The position numbers and the translations under genes are program-made. The notes under the pieces are model-generated. The model was given only the letters and a program-made list of their open reading frames with translations, made no database searches and was not told the DNA's origin. Shown piece after piece: positions 24,473 through 36,935 of a DNA stretch of 64,000 bases. The DNA lies in contig NW_005434571.1 in assembly GCF_000315625.1 (NCBI RefSeq), positions 14,027 through 78,026 on the forward strand, read 5' to 3'. The DNA comes from Guillardia theta CCMP2712 (taxonomy: Eukaryota > Protista > Cryptophyta). The stretch's first letter is position 1. Each line of letters starts with the position of its first letter.

Positions 24473-26716
24473 ATGAAGGCGGCAAGCATGCGGCTCAAGA
24501 ACCTCCTGCTTCTCCTCTCCCTCCCTCTCGTCCTCTCCTCCTCTCCTTCTCCCACAGACCTGGTGCGCCTCAGCTCATCGCGTTTACGAGGTGCGCTAAG
24601 GTACTCACCAGGGATCATGGCGATACATTGCTGGGCTGAATCGATGTTGCAGAAGGGCGGTACAGGAAGAGGAGACATGCATCCAGCGTCTGATCCCTTT
24701 GAGGTGCTGAAACCCTTCACTGCGACCCCCGTGTAGCTCGTGCTGCCCTCCTGTTTGCCCTCCATTCCGTGAGCAGCTCTGATGACAACGCAGAGGGGGC
24801 GCAAACCCAACGGGAGAGTCGACCAAGAGGATCTTTCAAGACACGCGGAAGCTGTAAGAGTCGCTGTCTCACTTCGCTTGCAAAATGATTGCTGCCTCTG
24901 CTATGAGCTGCATGTTCGTGAAGACACAGATGAGACCAACTTGTTCAGTCAAGTGACATGCGCTTTCCGCTTGCTTTTCTGTTATCCCGATTAGCAAGTC
25001 AGTCTGTGCGATTATAGCGATAGAGCGGAAAACATGTCTGTTTGTTTAGCTGTGTGCTATTTAGTTGCTCCATACTCGATCTCGTATGCCAACACATGCT
25101 CCAGACGTTCTTGTGTGTTTGAATGGATCCAGCTCAATCGATCTCAAATTCCGGTCAAAGACTCGAATCTTTTCCACTGACTTCTGGAATCTTCTCTTTC
25201 TCCAGGCAGATGAGCAGTTTTAAGGTGATCGTTACAAACGAGAAGACCATGAGGGAGTTCTCCGTGCTGTTCCATGGCCCCAAGGACAGTAAGTCTATCA
25301 GCAGAGGGTTCTAGTTGAGGTGTAAGGAGACTAGACCAGCGTTTCGAAGGAAGGAGGGCAGGGAAATGGGGGGTTGAGACTAAGATGAGGGGAAGGAGTT
25401 TAGGATCTGTTTCTTTTCTTATATCTCCTCTACAATCTCCTATCTTCTCCTCTACTGTCTACACTGTCTGCCCTCACTCCTTCCGTTTCTCTTCTCTTTC
25501 ACGTGCTTTGTGCCTCCCTCCGTGTCTGCCTCTCTTCTTGTTTTTTACGCACGCACACCCTCCCTGCCTCCCTTCCTTCCTGCCTCTCTTCCTCCCTTCC
25601 ACGCTGCCTCTCTTCCTCCCTTCCTTCCTGCCTCCCTACCTGCCTTTTTGTCTATTTGTCTTGTCTCTTCTACCGGCTCTCCCTTCCCCCTCCCTGCGTT
25701 ATTCCCTGCCTCCCTCCTCCCTCCCACCTGCCTCTCTCCTCCATCCATTCATCGTTCAGTTCTGACAGCTGACATGCGCAGCTGCTTACGAATCAGGAGT
25801 CTGGAAGGTGAATGTGGAGCTCCCGGTGGAGTATCCTTACAAGTAAACCATCCATGCTTCGACTACCTCCTTCCTGACGCTCTATTAGATCGCCTTCTAT
25901 CGGGTTTGCCAACAAGATTTTCCACCCCAACATTGTTGCACATCTCTGCACCAACTCATTTGTATTGACATGTCAGCAGGATCTGCAATCCGGATCCGTA
26001 TGCCTCGATGTTATCAATCAAACTTGGAAACCCATGTTTGATCTAGGTACATCCTCCCTGCCCTCCTCCGGTCCCTCCTTCCCTGTTGCTTTTCGTTGTA
26101 CCTGCTCTTGCATGCTCTCGTCTTTTGTGCATACACTGCTCCTCTGCACTTTTGAGTAACCTGGTCTTATCATGATCCCTTTGCTTGCCTGCTTGCTATC
26201 CTGTCTCTTTGTTTGACTCTTGTACACAGTGAACATCTTCGAAGTATTTCTTCCGTGAGATACTCGCTGCCCTCTAGGACATACTCTAACACTCTGCAGT
26301 CAGCTACTGACATATCCTAACCCTAGTGACCCTCTCAATGCGGATGCTGCTGGTAAGCAGGAGCTTTATCTATTGTATTGTTCCTTAACAGTTTATGCGG
26401 CACAAGCTCTGTCCATGAAGGATCCTCAGACCTATCACTCCAAGATCCGTATGTTCATCGACAAGTATTGTCAGGTAGCTTGCTGAAGCTATGCTGCCAT
26501 GGGGTTGCATGGAATATCTCACGAGAAAACTTGCAGGGGGTAGAAGAAGAGTTTATGAAAGCACTTCCAAGCGAACAGCAAAGTACAAATCGACATGTTG
26601 CTGCAAACCCGGAGAGGTGAAGAGCTTGTTTCAGCAGCGACACTGCTGTTGATTTCTTTGTTGTCAGTCTGTGGAAAGAATCGTCATCGGAAGAATCCTC
26701 GTCTGGAGATGAGTAA
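24473..26716 (+). CDS. UBC8/UBE2H-like ubiquitin-conjugating enzyme E2 with N-terminal signal peptide and LRGG-ending linker; multi-exon
   Basis: Spliced: [19 protein letters not shown]...[94 protein letters not shown]; exons 24473-24600, 24653-24703, 24794-24853, 25206-... in frame; last exons less certain. Confidence 0.85.
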
Positions 26717-26878
26717 CCAAACATAAATTTGAGCACAACATGGAATAAACTGGTAGCTAGAGAACGCTCACGATCATCCGATGCACAATCGTGTATGACT
26801 TCACGTATTCTTGTAGCCGTTTTAATTGAACATCACATACATCGACCTTTATAATCTACATTCACGGTAAGATCCCAT

Positions 26879-27982
26879 TTACTTGACCTTGACACGGCTG
26901 CAAATTCTTTTCCTCGCGTTGTTGAACCAATGAACGATCTGTTCAACCGAGAGACCAGTAGCCTGAGAGGTATGGGTCAGCTTTCGGATTTGTTCGATAT
27001 ATCTTCTCACGTTTGCGAGCTGCTGCTTCTCCAACAAATTGGGGAACGGATTGCGGAAATTTGCAAATAGCCATTTCTGTTTGAAGTGAATAAGCTACAA
27101 ATCCAAGTGTAACAAAGGAGTCAATACCTGAAGAATAGTGACAGAGTCCCTCGAATGATGCCTCCTTCCCTTCTTTGACTTCTTGGAGACCCTCACTGTA
27201 CCATCGCCACCCTTGTCTTCGTCTTGCATGAACGACCGGTTTTGCACACCGTCGGTATTCCCGGCAAGCAAGGCATCCCTGGCACTCCTGAACGCGTTGG
27301 ATTGGATGGCAGCCATCTGATACTCTTGTGCTGCTGCAATCTGAGCCAAGAGAGCGACACCACTGCAGATGTCCGCCCTGACTGCAGGAACGTCTTCTGG
27401 TGACTTGGCAGTCTTCTTCTCTTCCACGATGCTTTCCTCGAGATGGTTGAGCGCTTCGTCGAAAAGGGATTGGTCATTCAGGCAGTCTTCCTCAGAGTTC
27501 TTCTTCATCTTCTTCTGGCTGAGCTCATCCCACAGCTCGTCAGCTTTTCTCTTGCCCAGGAACTGATCGATCAAGCTTGATCGTGGACAGGCCTTGGGTG
27601 AAACTTCGCAGTCAAACACGAATCCTTTTGGCACGAAGCTCTGAGGGAACAGAAGTGAAGAATCTTTCAAAGCCATGGAAAACCTCTGGAAGGTTGGCAG
27701 CTTTGTGTTGTGAACGTCTTGAAATCTCTTGTGCAGGAAAGATGCGGTTTCGTCCATGGCTAATTGGATGTGACCCATGTCGTCTTCGGAATTGGGTGAG
27801 CCAGTTTCAAGGGGAGAGGAGGAAGCTTCGATCTCCGTTACTGAGCGGCAAGAGCAGTCGTCTTCAAAGGAGGAAGCAGACTCTGTGCGAGCTTCATTCA
27901 CTGACGATACAAAGATCCTGATGTTAGGCAACATCAACTTGGTGTGATGGGCGTCGATTGATGGCAGGTTGGACACGAGCAT
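26879..27982 (-). CDS. TALE-class homeodomain transcription factor (3 exons)
   Basis: Spliced C-terminus RRHHSRDSVTILQ|KWLFANFRNPFPNLLEKQQLAN|ATGLSVEQIVHWFNNARKRI: three-residue loop extension, PFP for PYP, WFxN helix 3. Confidence 0.88.
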
Positions 27983-29795
27983 TTCGATGTAGAAAGAGCT
28001 GAGAGTGTATGGAAAGGGAGAGGAGCAGAGAGGCTGTAGAGGAGAGGACGGGGAGAGGAGTGAAGGTAGGTAGGAACGAGAAGCAAGGAGCAGGTGCTAG
28101 GGAACGAGCCTGTGGGAGGAAGCAGCAGGAAGGTGAAAGATGTAGTGGGCAAGAAAGGCCACCCCACCTCCCCAGAAAGGATTCCTCGGGGTGGGTCAAC
28201 CAAATCTACATGGGTAGGGTAGTTCATCTCTCTTTTCTGGTACAAATATGGTTCGGGACTGGTTCGTGCGGGGGGTGGGTATGAAGCTACTAACTTGGAA
28301 CATAGGTGGGGTACTTCGATCAGAGCAGGGGTGGGATGTAGTGTAGAGATCAGCTCCCCAGGAAATGGAGAGATGCAATGGACAACGTCAGGGAAGGGGG
28401 GTAGGGGTGGGCAACAACCACACCTTGACCCCCTCTTTGGAATCACGTTGGAAAGGAATCCAATTCCCCACTTAAGAAGGGGGGTACTCTGCAGGATCGA
28501 AAGGGGTCCAGTTGTGGAATCTGGGGTCGTGACCCTTGTAGGGTGGGGTCAAAGGGAGAACGCTGGGGTCCAAATGATGAGAAGATTTGAGGGGGTCCTG
28601 ATGGTCAATTTTTTTTTGGCAATAAATGGTTTTAATGGAAACCCGTGACCCCTACCCACCTGATGCATGGAAGTACCATCGAGGGGACGGTCCCCCAAAT
28701 ATTGTACCCCTACCTCCTGTGTTTCATCTTGTCCATCTCGTACCCACTAAAATCCCATCAATTGAGACAGATTTTTCATGTCCTCTGCATACCGGTTGCC
28801 CATCAACCGGTTCCTTTCACACCCCACCCCTCATGGAAACTTACCACCAAAGCAACATTCACTCACATCCCTCTGAATATTACCTATGACCCTACCCAGG
28901 GATGTTTATCTGGTAACTCCTCCTTTTAGTGACCTTGATGACCCTACCCCCTCGATCCTTATCTTCTGCTCTTTCTCAACCTTTTCACTTGCATCTGTAC
29001 CGGTACTACCAGTATCTTCTGCTCAATCTAAACTACCCACCTTTTACTCACGTTTTTCACGGGTCTGTCTCCCACATGCGAGCCACTTTCTACACTACCC
29101 ACCCTCCACAGGAAGGAGAGCGTTGAACTAGTCAACCACCTACCCCACCCACTGGGCCGTACTGCGATTCAGCGGCGTTTGCCACCCACCCTACATGACC
29201 TTCACGCCCCCCTGGATTATCTTGAATCTACACAACACCTCGTTTGATCTTATCTATTCGTCAACCACCGGTGACCCCACCGAATCCCCTTGTTATCCAT
29301 CAATAGTACCGCACCCTCTCGATTCTGAAGGGTAGGGGTACTAAGTAGAATTGATGGGGCTCTGACCATTTGAAGGTGGATGAGCCAGCCGTCATGAAAG
29401 GAGGGGTGGTCACACCCCCGGCGAATCAGTACAGGGCCGTAACTTAGTAGTGAACGCCAATACCTGTCCCACGGTGACAGGGTGGTGGGTGGGTCCTGTC
29501 ATTCAGACCTTTTTTTGTAAAAAAAAATCTGGTCGGGTTGCTGTAGCACCCCAAGAATGGGCACGAAAACGTGGGGTGGTGAGAGATAACGCGGCTCAGT
29601 GAGGGGTAAAGATAAGGAATGACCGGTAAAAACTCACCAGCCGTGCTAAAATAGACAAGGTACAAGGATCCGAGGATGACAGACTGGGCAAAGTTTGATC
29701 AGGGGGGGTGGGGTACTCTGTCGGATGATTCCATTTTCGAAATTTGAGGGGATGTGACGAACTGGCCGGGTTTACTTGTACTGCTACAATTAGAA

Positions 29796-30085
29796 ACTGA
29801 TTTTTTAACTTAACTTTGAGTAAAGAGCGGTACTGTGCTGAGGGTCCGATCTCAACCGTGATCCGGGACCTCCCAAAATGGCTGCGAGGGCGGGGGGCCT
29901 TGCGGCAGTTCCCGGAACTACCGTTCATCGGCGATGAACGGTTCAGTACGGCCCCGCCCGCCCGCCCGCCCCCGGGCCCCGCCCCCGGGCCGCTACCGGA
30001 CTGGCATTCAATCGGAGTAAAGAGTCCCGGCACTGCGGCACCACTCAGACTCCGGGCCCGGCAGCACTGAGCCTCCGAGTCAGAT
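29796..30085. repeat. GC-rich island 5 with 31-bp edge motif (+, 29796-29825)
   Basis: actgattttttaacttaactttgagtaaag followed by a GC core. Confidence 0.7.
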
Positions 30086-30090
30086 TAACT

Positions 30091-32451
30091 TCAGAGATAC
30101 CCTGAGTGCTTTCCCAGCTATGCAGAAGCAAAAGTCATCCTCAACGAGGGCAGTTAACGCCTGACCTGGGGAACAGTGTTCTTTGCGGGGTACCGGAAGG
30201 TGCTCACAACTGCTGACACCTGCCAGCACAGCAGGTAGTAAGCGAGGGATGCCCAGGAGCAGGCGAGTCGGAAGGGACGGCAGACCATCTTTCCCAGGTT
30301 TTCGTAGGATTCTAACAAGGTAGCATCCTGACGTGCTGTGAGCAAGAGAGGAGCGGCTGCCTTGCTGGCAGACCTTGCTCCAGGCAAAGCAGTCCCTGGT
30401 GATGAGCGACTTCTTGACGTGGCTCTCTAGGATAGTCGACGACCTTGAGAGCAGCGGACGGGGGCGCGTCAGGCTCTTTTACAGCTGCTGCTCCTCCCCT
30501 TCTCACCGAGTCTGCAAGGGTGTGGCAATGCTGCGTCGATCAGTCAGCGAGCAAGCCAACAAGGCGCTACTTGCACCTCTTGGCTGTCGACATGGCCGAC
30601 TTGGGCGTCCTCCCCCGATCTAATGCGTCCTGAGCAAACCAGAAGGGGATCTCAGAGGAGGAGCAAGGATGCTTGCGCTGACCTCCTTCCTGATCTGCGA
30701 GGACAAGACAGCCGTCGGTAGACTACCCTTCCTTCCTAACGGTATCCTGGATGACGACTGGCGATCGATCCCTGTACGGCGTGTCAAGCTTGTCAAGCAA
30801 GTTGCGCACTCAGTATCGTCGCTACCTTGGCTGATCCCTCCAGTGCCCGTCATCAAGTACCTCGACTGCCCACGACTGCCCTTGCGGTCGTGAAGAGCCT
30901 CGTGCTCGGAGGACGAGACTTGATGCTGCAGCCTGTAGATCCTCGCAGACTTGGGAGGGTGAGCGGGAAAGTCTCGGCAGGGAGCTCAGCGTCCTTACCT
31001 TCATCTGCTGCCCCACCCCCATCGACCAGTTTGCAACGAGGATGCCAGGTTCCTGCTCGTTCAATCAGCCCTTGGACACAAGATGCTGCGTTTGTGAGGA
31101 AGGATTTTGTGCTCCATGGTTGATGTAGGGATTGCAGGAGTTGACATCCCTGTCAGAACAGCCTGACAGCTCACTTGCTGTCTAGTTCACTCCCCAAGGC
31201 CTCACGTCATGTGTTCCAAGTGTATCACACGATCCGCGGCATCAGCTACACTTGCTATGCTAGCAAAGCGAGGGAGGGAGGGCACAGATACCTTGGAGTA
31301 TCTCAGCAAGAAGGTTCCAGGGGGAGCCTGTTGTAGTTTGAGCAACGAGGGAGGAGACAACTGTTTCTCACCTCCTGCACTAGGAGGCGGACACTGTCCA
31401 TGGACTGGTCGAAGTAGAACCAGTCGGCAATCCTGCCAATCGTGTGAGAGAAGGAGGAGGGAGGGGAGGAGAGAGGCAGTGATCGTTCGCACTTGAGTTG
31501 CTTCTCCTGGCCGTCGCGCATCTGGAGAGGACGGGACACCCATTGGCAAGAATAAGTTCACAAGGAGTAGAGCAAGAGGAAGGAAGAGATTGGAAGTCGG
31601 AGATGACAGGCAATGGGGAAGGGAAGGACGGGAAACAAGGAGACGGATGGAGGAGGAGATTGGGAGGTAGAGGGGAAGTGAGGGAGGAAACGAAAGTCAG
31701 TGTTGTGGGAGGCAATATCATGGAGCACAAGAGAGCAGAGGACGGGAAGAACATAGAGGAGCGATGAGACAAAGGACACAAGCACAAAGTTTGCTATCAG
31801 CAGTCTCTTCAACAGCTCTCTTACATAAGACTTGACTTCTTGAACAAGAGACTTTGCGGCCGCCTGTCCTCAGCCTTCATCTTCCTAACACCTCCACCCA
31901 TCTCCTTCGCCTTACCTTGATCGCTACCTTGAGCGGGTGATGCGGTTTCGGACCGAGGTCAGCTGAGCTGAGCTCGTACATGCGATCCCTCAGGCGATCC
32001 CTCAAGCTCTCTTCCTCCTGGATCGTGGTTGACATGTCAGCCTCTTCCTCCTTCTCTCTCCATCCTCTCACCTTCATCCTGGCACGCACGTTCGACAGCT
32101 CCGCTTGCAGCAACGCCACGTCCTCGAGCTTTTCTCTGGAGATGGCGAGCTCCAGCTTCTCCTCCACCATTACTTGACTTCTGTTCAAAGTCTCCGACGC
32201 GTCCTCGCTCTCCGCAAATCTTTTCTGCTCAGACGTTTCCGTCAGCAAAGAGAAACTAATTTCCCCTTCCTCCTCCAACCCCTGCTGTTCGATTGGATTG
32301 TAAGCTGACTTGAAACAGCACCAGCTCCTCGCCTCCTCTCTCTTTTCTCGTTTTCGTCTCCATCTCTGCGATTATTCCACATCTTCCGCTCTGATCCTTT
32401 TCCTTGTGTTCTTCCCTGTCCTTGATCCGTTCTCATCTTCTGCCCTCTATT

Positions 32452-32528
<77 letters not shown>

Positions 32529-35414
32529 CTCTTGATCCTTGTTCACCTTCATCCACGCCTGCAACCCCTTGGGGGTTGATCGCCATAGTCGCACGGCTCC
32601 AATGAGGACCAAGACGAGGGAGCGGAACTTGCCTGCTGGGCTCATGCTCGTCGACCCCTCGTGCTGAAAACGAGAAGTAAAGGGAATGCGACGGGTAAGG
32701 AGGGGGAAACAGTATCAAGATGGAGAAGAGCGAGGAGGAGGAGGAGGAGGAGGAGGAGGATTGTGTGTGTGTGAGAGAGAGAGAGAGAGTTTGGGGCGGG
32801 GGAGGTGGAGGTGGAGGAGGTAGAGGTGGAGGAGGTGGAGGTGGTAGAGGTGGTGGAGGTGGTTTGGGTGGAGGAGGTGGTGAGGTGGCGGAGGTGGCGG
32901 AGGTGGTGGAGGTGGTGGAGGTGGTGATGAAGGAGGAGAATGAGAGGATTCTGTGAGGAAGGAGCTGAAGCAACAAGGGAAAAAAAGTGGGAAGGGTCAC
33001 AAACAGGAGGGGGAGGAAGGGGAGAGGAATACCTTTGCCCTGATAGGGAAGAGGTTTCGAGCCCGGAGGTTGAGCTCGAATGATAGCTTGAGGAGGAGAG
33101 AGGCATTCCTCCCTGTCTCAACATACATGTGCGGGAGAATTCCTTTGCGTCTGAGAATCGTTTTTTATCATCCTCGGGGCACCTGATACAAGATTATCAT
33201 CTTGTCGGCCATTCACAACTTTTTGGATTCATTCAATTGCCCGTCCCCATCCCTGTCCTCGTCCTCGTCCTCGTCCTCGTCCTCATCCTCGTCCTCGTCC
33301 TCGTCCTCGTCCTTGTGTCTGTCCTCGTTCTCGTCCCCTTCCTCGTTCTCGTCCCCTTCCTCGTCCCCTTCCTCGTCCTCGTCCTCGTCCTCCCCCAACC
33401 TTCCAACATCTCCCCACTCTTAATCATCATCACAGTCATCGTCTTCATCCTCCCCATCTTTTCTCTACCCCAGCAAAAGGCTCAAGGCCATTCCCTCACG
33501 ACAGCAGCATCGTCTACCGCCAACAAGGATCCTTCACTCACCAGTAGTCGATGATCACTTGCAGCTGCCTGCAGTCTATGAACTCTTGCGTCGCCTCCAC
33601 AGCATCATCCAGCATCCTCCTCCTATGCTCTACCTCATCCACAAACTGCCGCCATGCTCGCTCCCCATCCGCATCCTTGTCCCCCTTCCTCCTCTCCATA
33701 CCCGACCCGCTCTCCTCAAACGCCCTGAGCTTGTCTCTGAGATCTCCGATAGCCTCAGCATGGCAGCAGGGGTCTGCCCCGAACGTGAACTTCCCTCCAT
33801 GATGGTAGTCGCAGCATCCGGATCCCAGCAGGTAGGGCAGGACGAGCATTTCTTCCCTGCTCAGCTTAAAGTATCGGATGATCTCTTCCGCCACGAGTTG
33901 TATGGGAGCTTGAGTGACCGCGTCTTTGCATGCGAGTACTTCCTGTTGGGAGATGAAATCAGGAAAACAGAGAGAGGGAAGTTGGAGAAGGGGCAGACGA
34001 ATTTGATAGGGGAGGTGAGGGAAGGAAATTTGGGTATCCTCTCCATCTCGTCTCCGTGCCTCCTCCTCTTCCTCCTCCTCCTCCTTGTTCACTTCCTATT
34101 TCACCCAACCTCATCGCATCCTCCCTCTACTTGGAGGCAGGAAGCAACATTCGAGCACAGAGCAAGTTTCATCATCTTACCTCTATCCTGCTCGGGTGTA
34201 CACATGGCACGCTCCTTTTCTCCATGACCGTCACGCTAGCCAGCACTTTTGGAACCACCTGCCTGTACCAGAAATCTCTTGCCGCAGGAGAGATTATCTT
34301 CCTCTTTACTCCAAAGTTTGGCTCCTTCATCAGCCTCTGGTAGATGTCTAGTCCCGCGATCAGCCGTATCCTCCTGCTGTGCTGGTGTAGCTTCCGGCAG
34401 CGGGAGAAAACCCTCCAGCAGTGCCAGACTTGCTTGCCCATCCTCCTCCTCCCACCAACGTGAATCCATTCCACCACATCGGAGCTCAGAGCTCGCACTT
34501 GCTGTAACGCGTTGCCCATGTCGGAGAACATCTCTTCCCACCGTTGGGAGGCGAAGGATTGCGTATGCTTCGCTTCGCCATCCTCCACCCCATCCTCTTC
34601 CTCCTGCTCCTCGTCTTCGCTCCTGCCACCAGGAGATCAAAGGCGTGTAGACATGTTCAGTTAGAATGACAGGAGGCTGAGGTTTTGGTATGAATACAAC
34701 AGACAAGGACTATTCTGATCGGGGTGCCAGCATGCACAAGCATGTTAGCAGGTATCACAGTAAACAAAACAACAGTGAAACCGTACACAGCGAACTTTGT
34801 GACATAGAGAAAGTTTCTTGTTTGATCACGAGATATGCAGCTGTGCAGTGGAAACTTGTTACCAGTAATCATCATCGAGAGGATTCTTCTCCTTGCGCTT
34901 CTTGGCATGCTCTTCCACGTAGTCTCTGTACCAATCCTGATCTTCCGACAGCATGGACACTGTCAGATTCGCGATCTCAACCTCTTGCAGCATCCATGTG
35001 AGGCTGTGAAGCTGTGCCGGCGATCAGCACATAAAGGAGAACAGCAAAGAAACAAGATCAACACCAGACGACACAAGAATCCGTAAACACAGAACGGCAG
35101 CGACATCCAACCGTACCTTGATGTCTTGCTCAATACATTCATCGACCTCATTCAGCAGCTCATCCTTTGCCGTCAGAAACCTTTCCTTCCACCACTTCAA
35201 CCCTGTCTGACCCACCCAGTCCTTTTCGAGCCAGCTCATAGAACCAGTTATCCACTTGCTTCTTCCTTCTCACGAGCTTGCGGGCTTGCTAGTGTGCAAG
35301 ATACGGCGAAGACCTCAACTCAATCTTCCGGCTCTATCTGCTCTGTTTCATAGTTTGACATGCCAACTATGACATCTCGTAACTAACTCCCTTCTCTTTC
35401 TCTTCCTTCACCAT
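30091..35414 (-). CDS. Large multi-exon gene (possibly two genes) with coiled-coil and an SH2 domain near the C-terminus
   Basis: Many exon-like ORF pieces flanked by GT/AG; spliced KQLK|IADWFYFDQSMDSVRLLVQE|APPGTFLLRYSK|EPGILVANW matches the SH2 N-terminal half (~31433-30998). Confidence 0.65.
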
Positions 35415-35439
35415 GGCGCGGTTCTGAGGTAACAAGCAC

Positions 35440-35662
35440 TGCCAGACCGCCAGTGCGGCACTGGGCCCCCGCCGGCGGCCGGGCCGGGCGGCCGGGCGAG
35501 GCCCGGCAGCGGCCAGCTCACTGACGCGTTCAGGGTCCGACGGCGACGGTGGGCCAGCCTCGCCTTCTTCTTTACTCAAAGTTAAGTTAAAGATCAGTAC
35601 GAGGCATCACTTTGAGCTGTGATGCTAGTATAGGCCGAAGTTTTACTCAAAGTTAACTTAAT
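35440..35662. repeat. GC-rich island 6 with 31-bp edge motif (-, 35570-35600) and a partial copy at 35641
   Basis: Reverse complement gtactgatctttaacttaactttgagtaaag. Confidence 0.7.
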
Positions 35663-36464
35663 TTATGTGGTACAGTTGACTTCCGACTGAGGCGTACCGG
35701 GCAGTACAAAGTGATGGGAGAAGCTGTTTTTGGAACAGGGGATTGGAAGAAGGGAGGGGTGGTATCATTCAGGGGCAATATGCCCCTGTCAACCAGGGGT
35801 AGTGACCCAGTAGAGCGTAAAGGACGATAATATGTGAGGAGCAAACAGGGGTGGTCAATCTTTTGATGGGTGCAAAAGTGAGTAGGGTGGGTAGGTAGAT
35901 GGGTTGTGGGACCTTTTGCTGGCGGACAGGGGTGGAGGGTGGGGGAGGAGGAACTTGGGAGTAAAGTTGGGTACATGAAGGGTTTTTAGGGGGTAATGGC
36001 ATAGATGTGGTGGGGGTAAGGGGTGGTGCTAAGGACTCGGTCGGGGTGGTCGGCGAACCGACGGTATTAGAGATTACTGGTGGCCGTCATCAAGTAGGGT
36101 GAAGTGGGCAATATCACCCCTACCCCAATTCAAGTACTGCGGATCACCGGTTACCCCGCATTGCGCGAGGGACTCCTTGAGTACTGTTGCTGCAAGTTGC
36201 TTGGGTTGTTGGAGCGTCAGTTGTACATCATGATCGATCCCTCAGACTTGTAACCAGAGAAGAAGACGACGAGAAACTTGTCTTGAACTGAACGCAAGTG
36301 AAGAAAACGCAGAAGCGCTGAAAACTTGGGAAAGGATTGAAGAAGCAGGCGGATTAGGCGGGAAAGTACGGATCAGACTACAGCGCAAAAGGATCCCACA
36401 GCAGTGATCAGCTGCGACAATAACATATCAACAACTGATAGAAAATCATTGCTTTGACACAGCA

Positions 36465-36935
36465 ATGTCAAAACAACGATCGAGGAAAAACAGCATTGAT
36501 CATTTTGTCCCCGAGAAGGAGATGAAAGCCGCGAGGAGGAAGAGCTGCATCATCACGGTTGAAGACGAGATAATAGATTTTGCAGACATTCCACACCTGT
36601 ACTCTCACTTCATGGAAAGCGTGACAGTAGAGGACCTAATAGCAAGATCTCCAACAGCCAGAATAGGAGATAACCGAAGGATGCCTTGGGCCTACGAAGA
36701 GCGTTCGTCGTTGTCGAGCCCGTTGGAGAAGGCTGAAGCAACTGATTCCATAGATCGGTTCGGAAATTTTGTGATGGAAGGATCCTACCTTTTTGCAGAC
36801 AATGCAAGGAACAGTTTGGGTAGATCCATCAACTCCCATGGAAACTTCGTTTCGAGCATCGAGTTTTGCTCTGAGTCCTCCAGTGACCTTTCGGTGGATG
36901 CCTCGGACTGGGAGGAGACGAAGCAGTCCGATTGA
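36465..36935 (+). CDS. Intronless 156-aa protein with tandem SI-x3-GNFV motifs (paralog of 7248..7751)
   Basis: RRKSCIITV; SIDRFGNFVMEGSY...RSINSHGNFV; acidic Ser-rich tail. Confidence 0.72.
   Translation: MSKQRSRKNSIDHFVPEKEMKAARRKSCIITVEDEIIDFADIPHLYSHFMESVTVEDLIARSPTARIGDNRRMPWAYEERSSLSSPLEKAEATDSIDRFGNFVMEGSYLFADNARNSLGRSINSHGNFVSSIEFCSESSSDLSVDASDWEETKQSD

Noticed and set aside
32242-33554. Poly-Pro, SR- and ED-rich ORFs
   Set aside because: Intronic microsatellites of the large minus-strand gene
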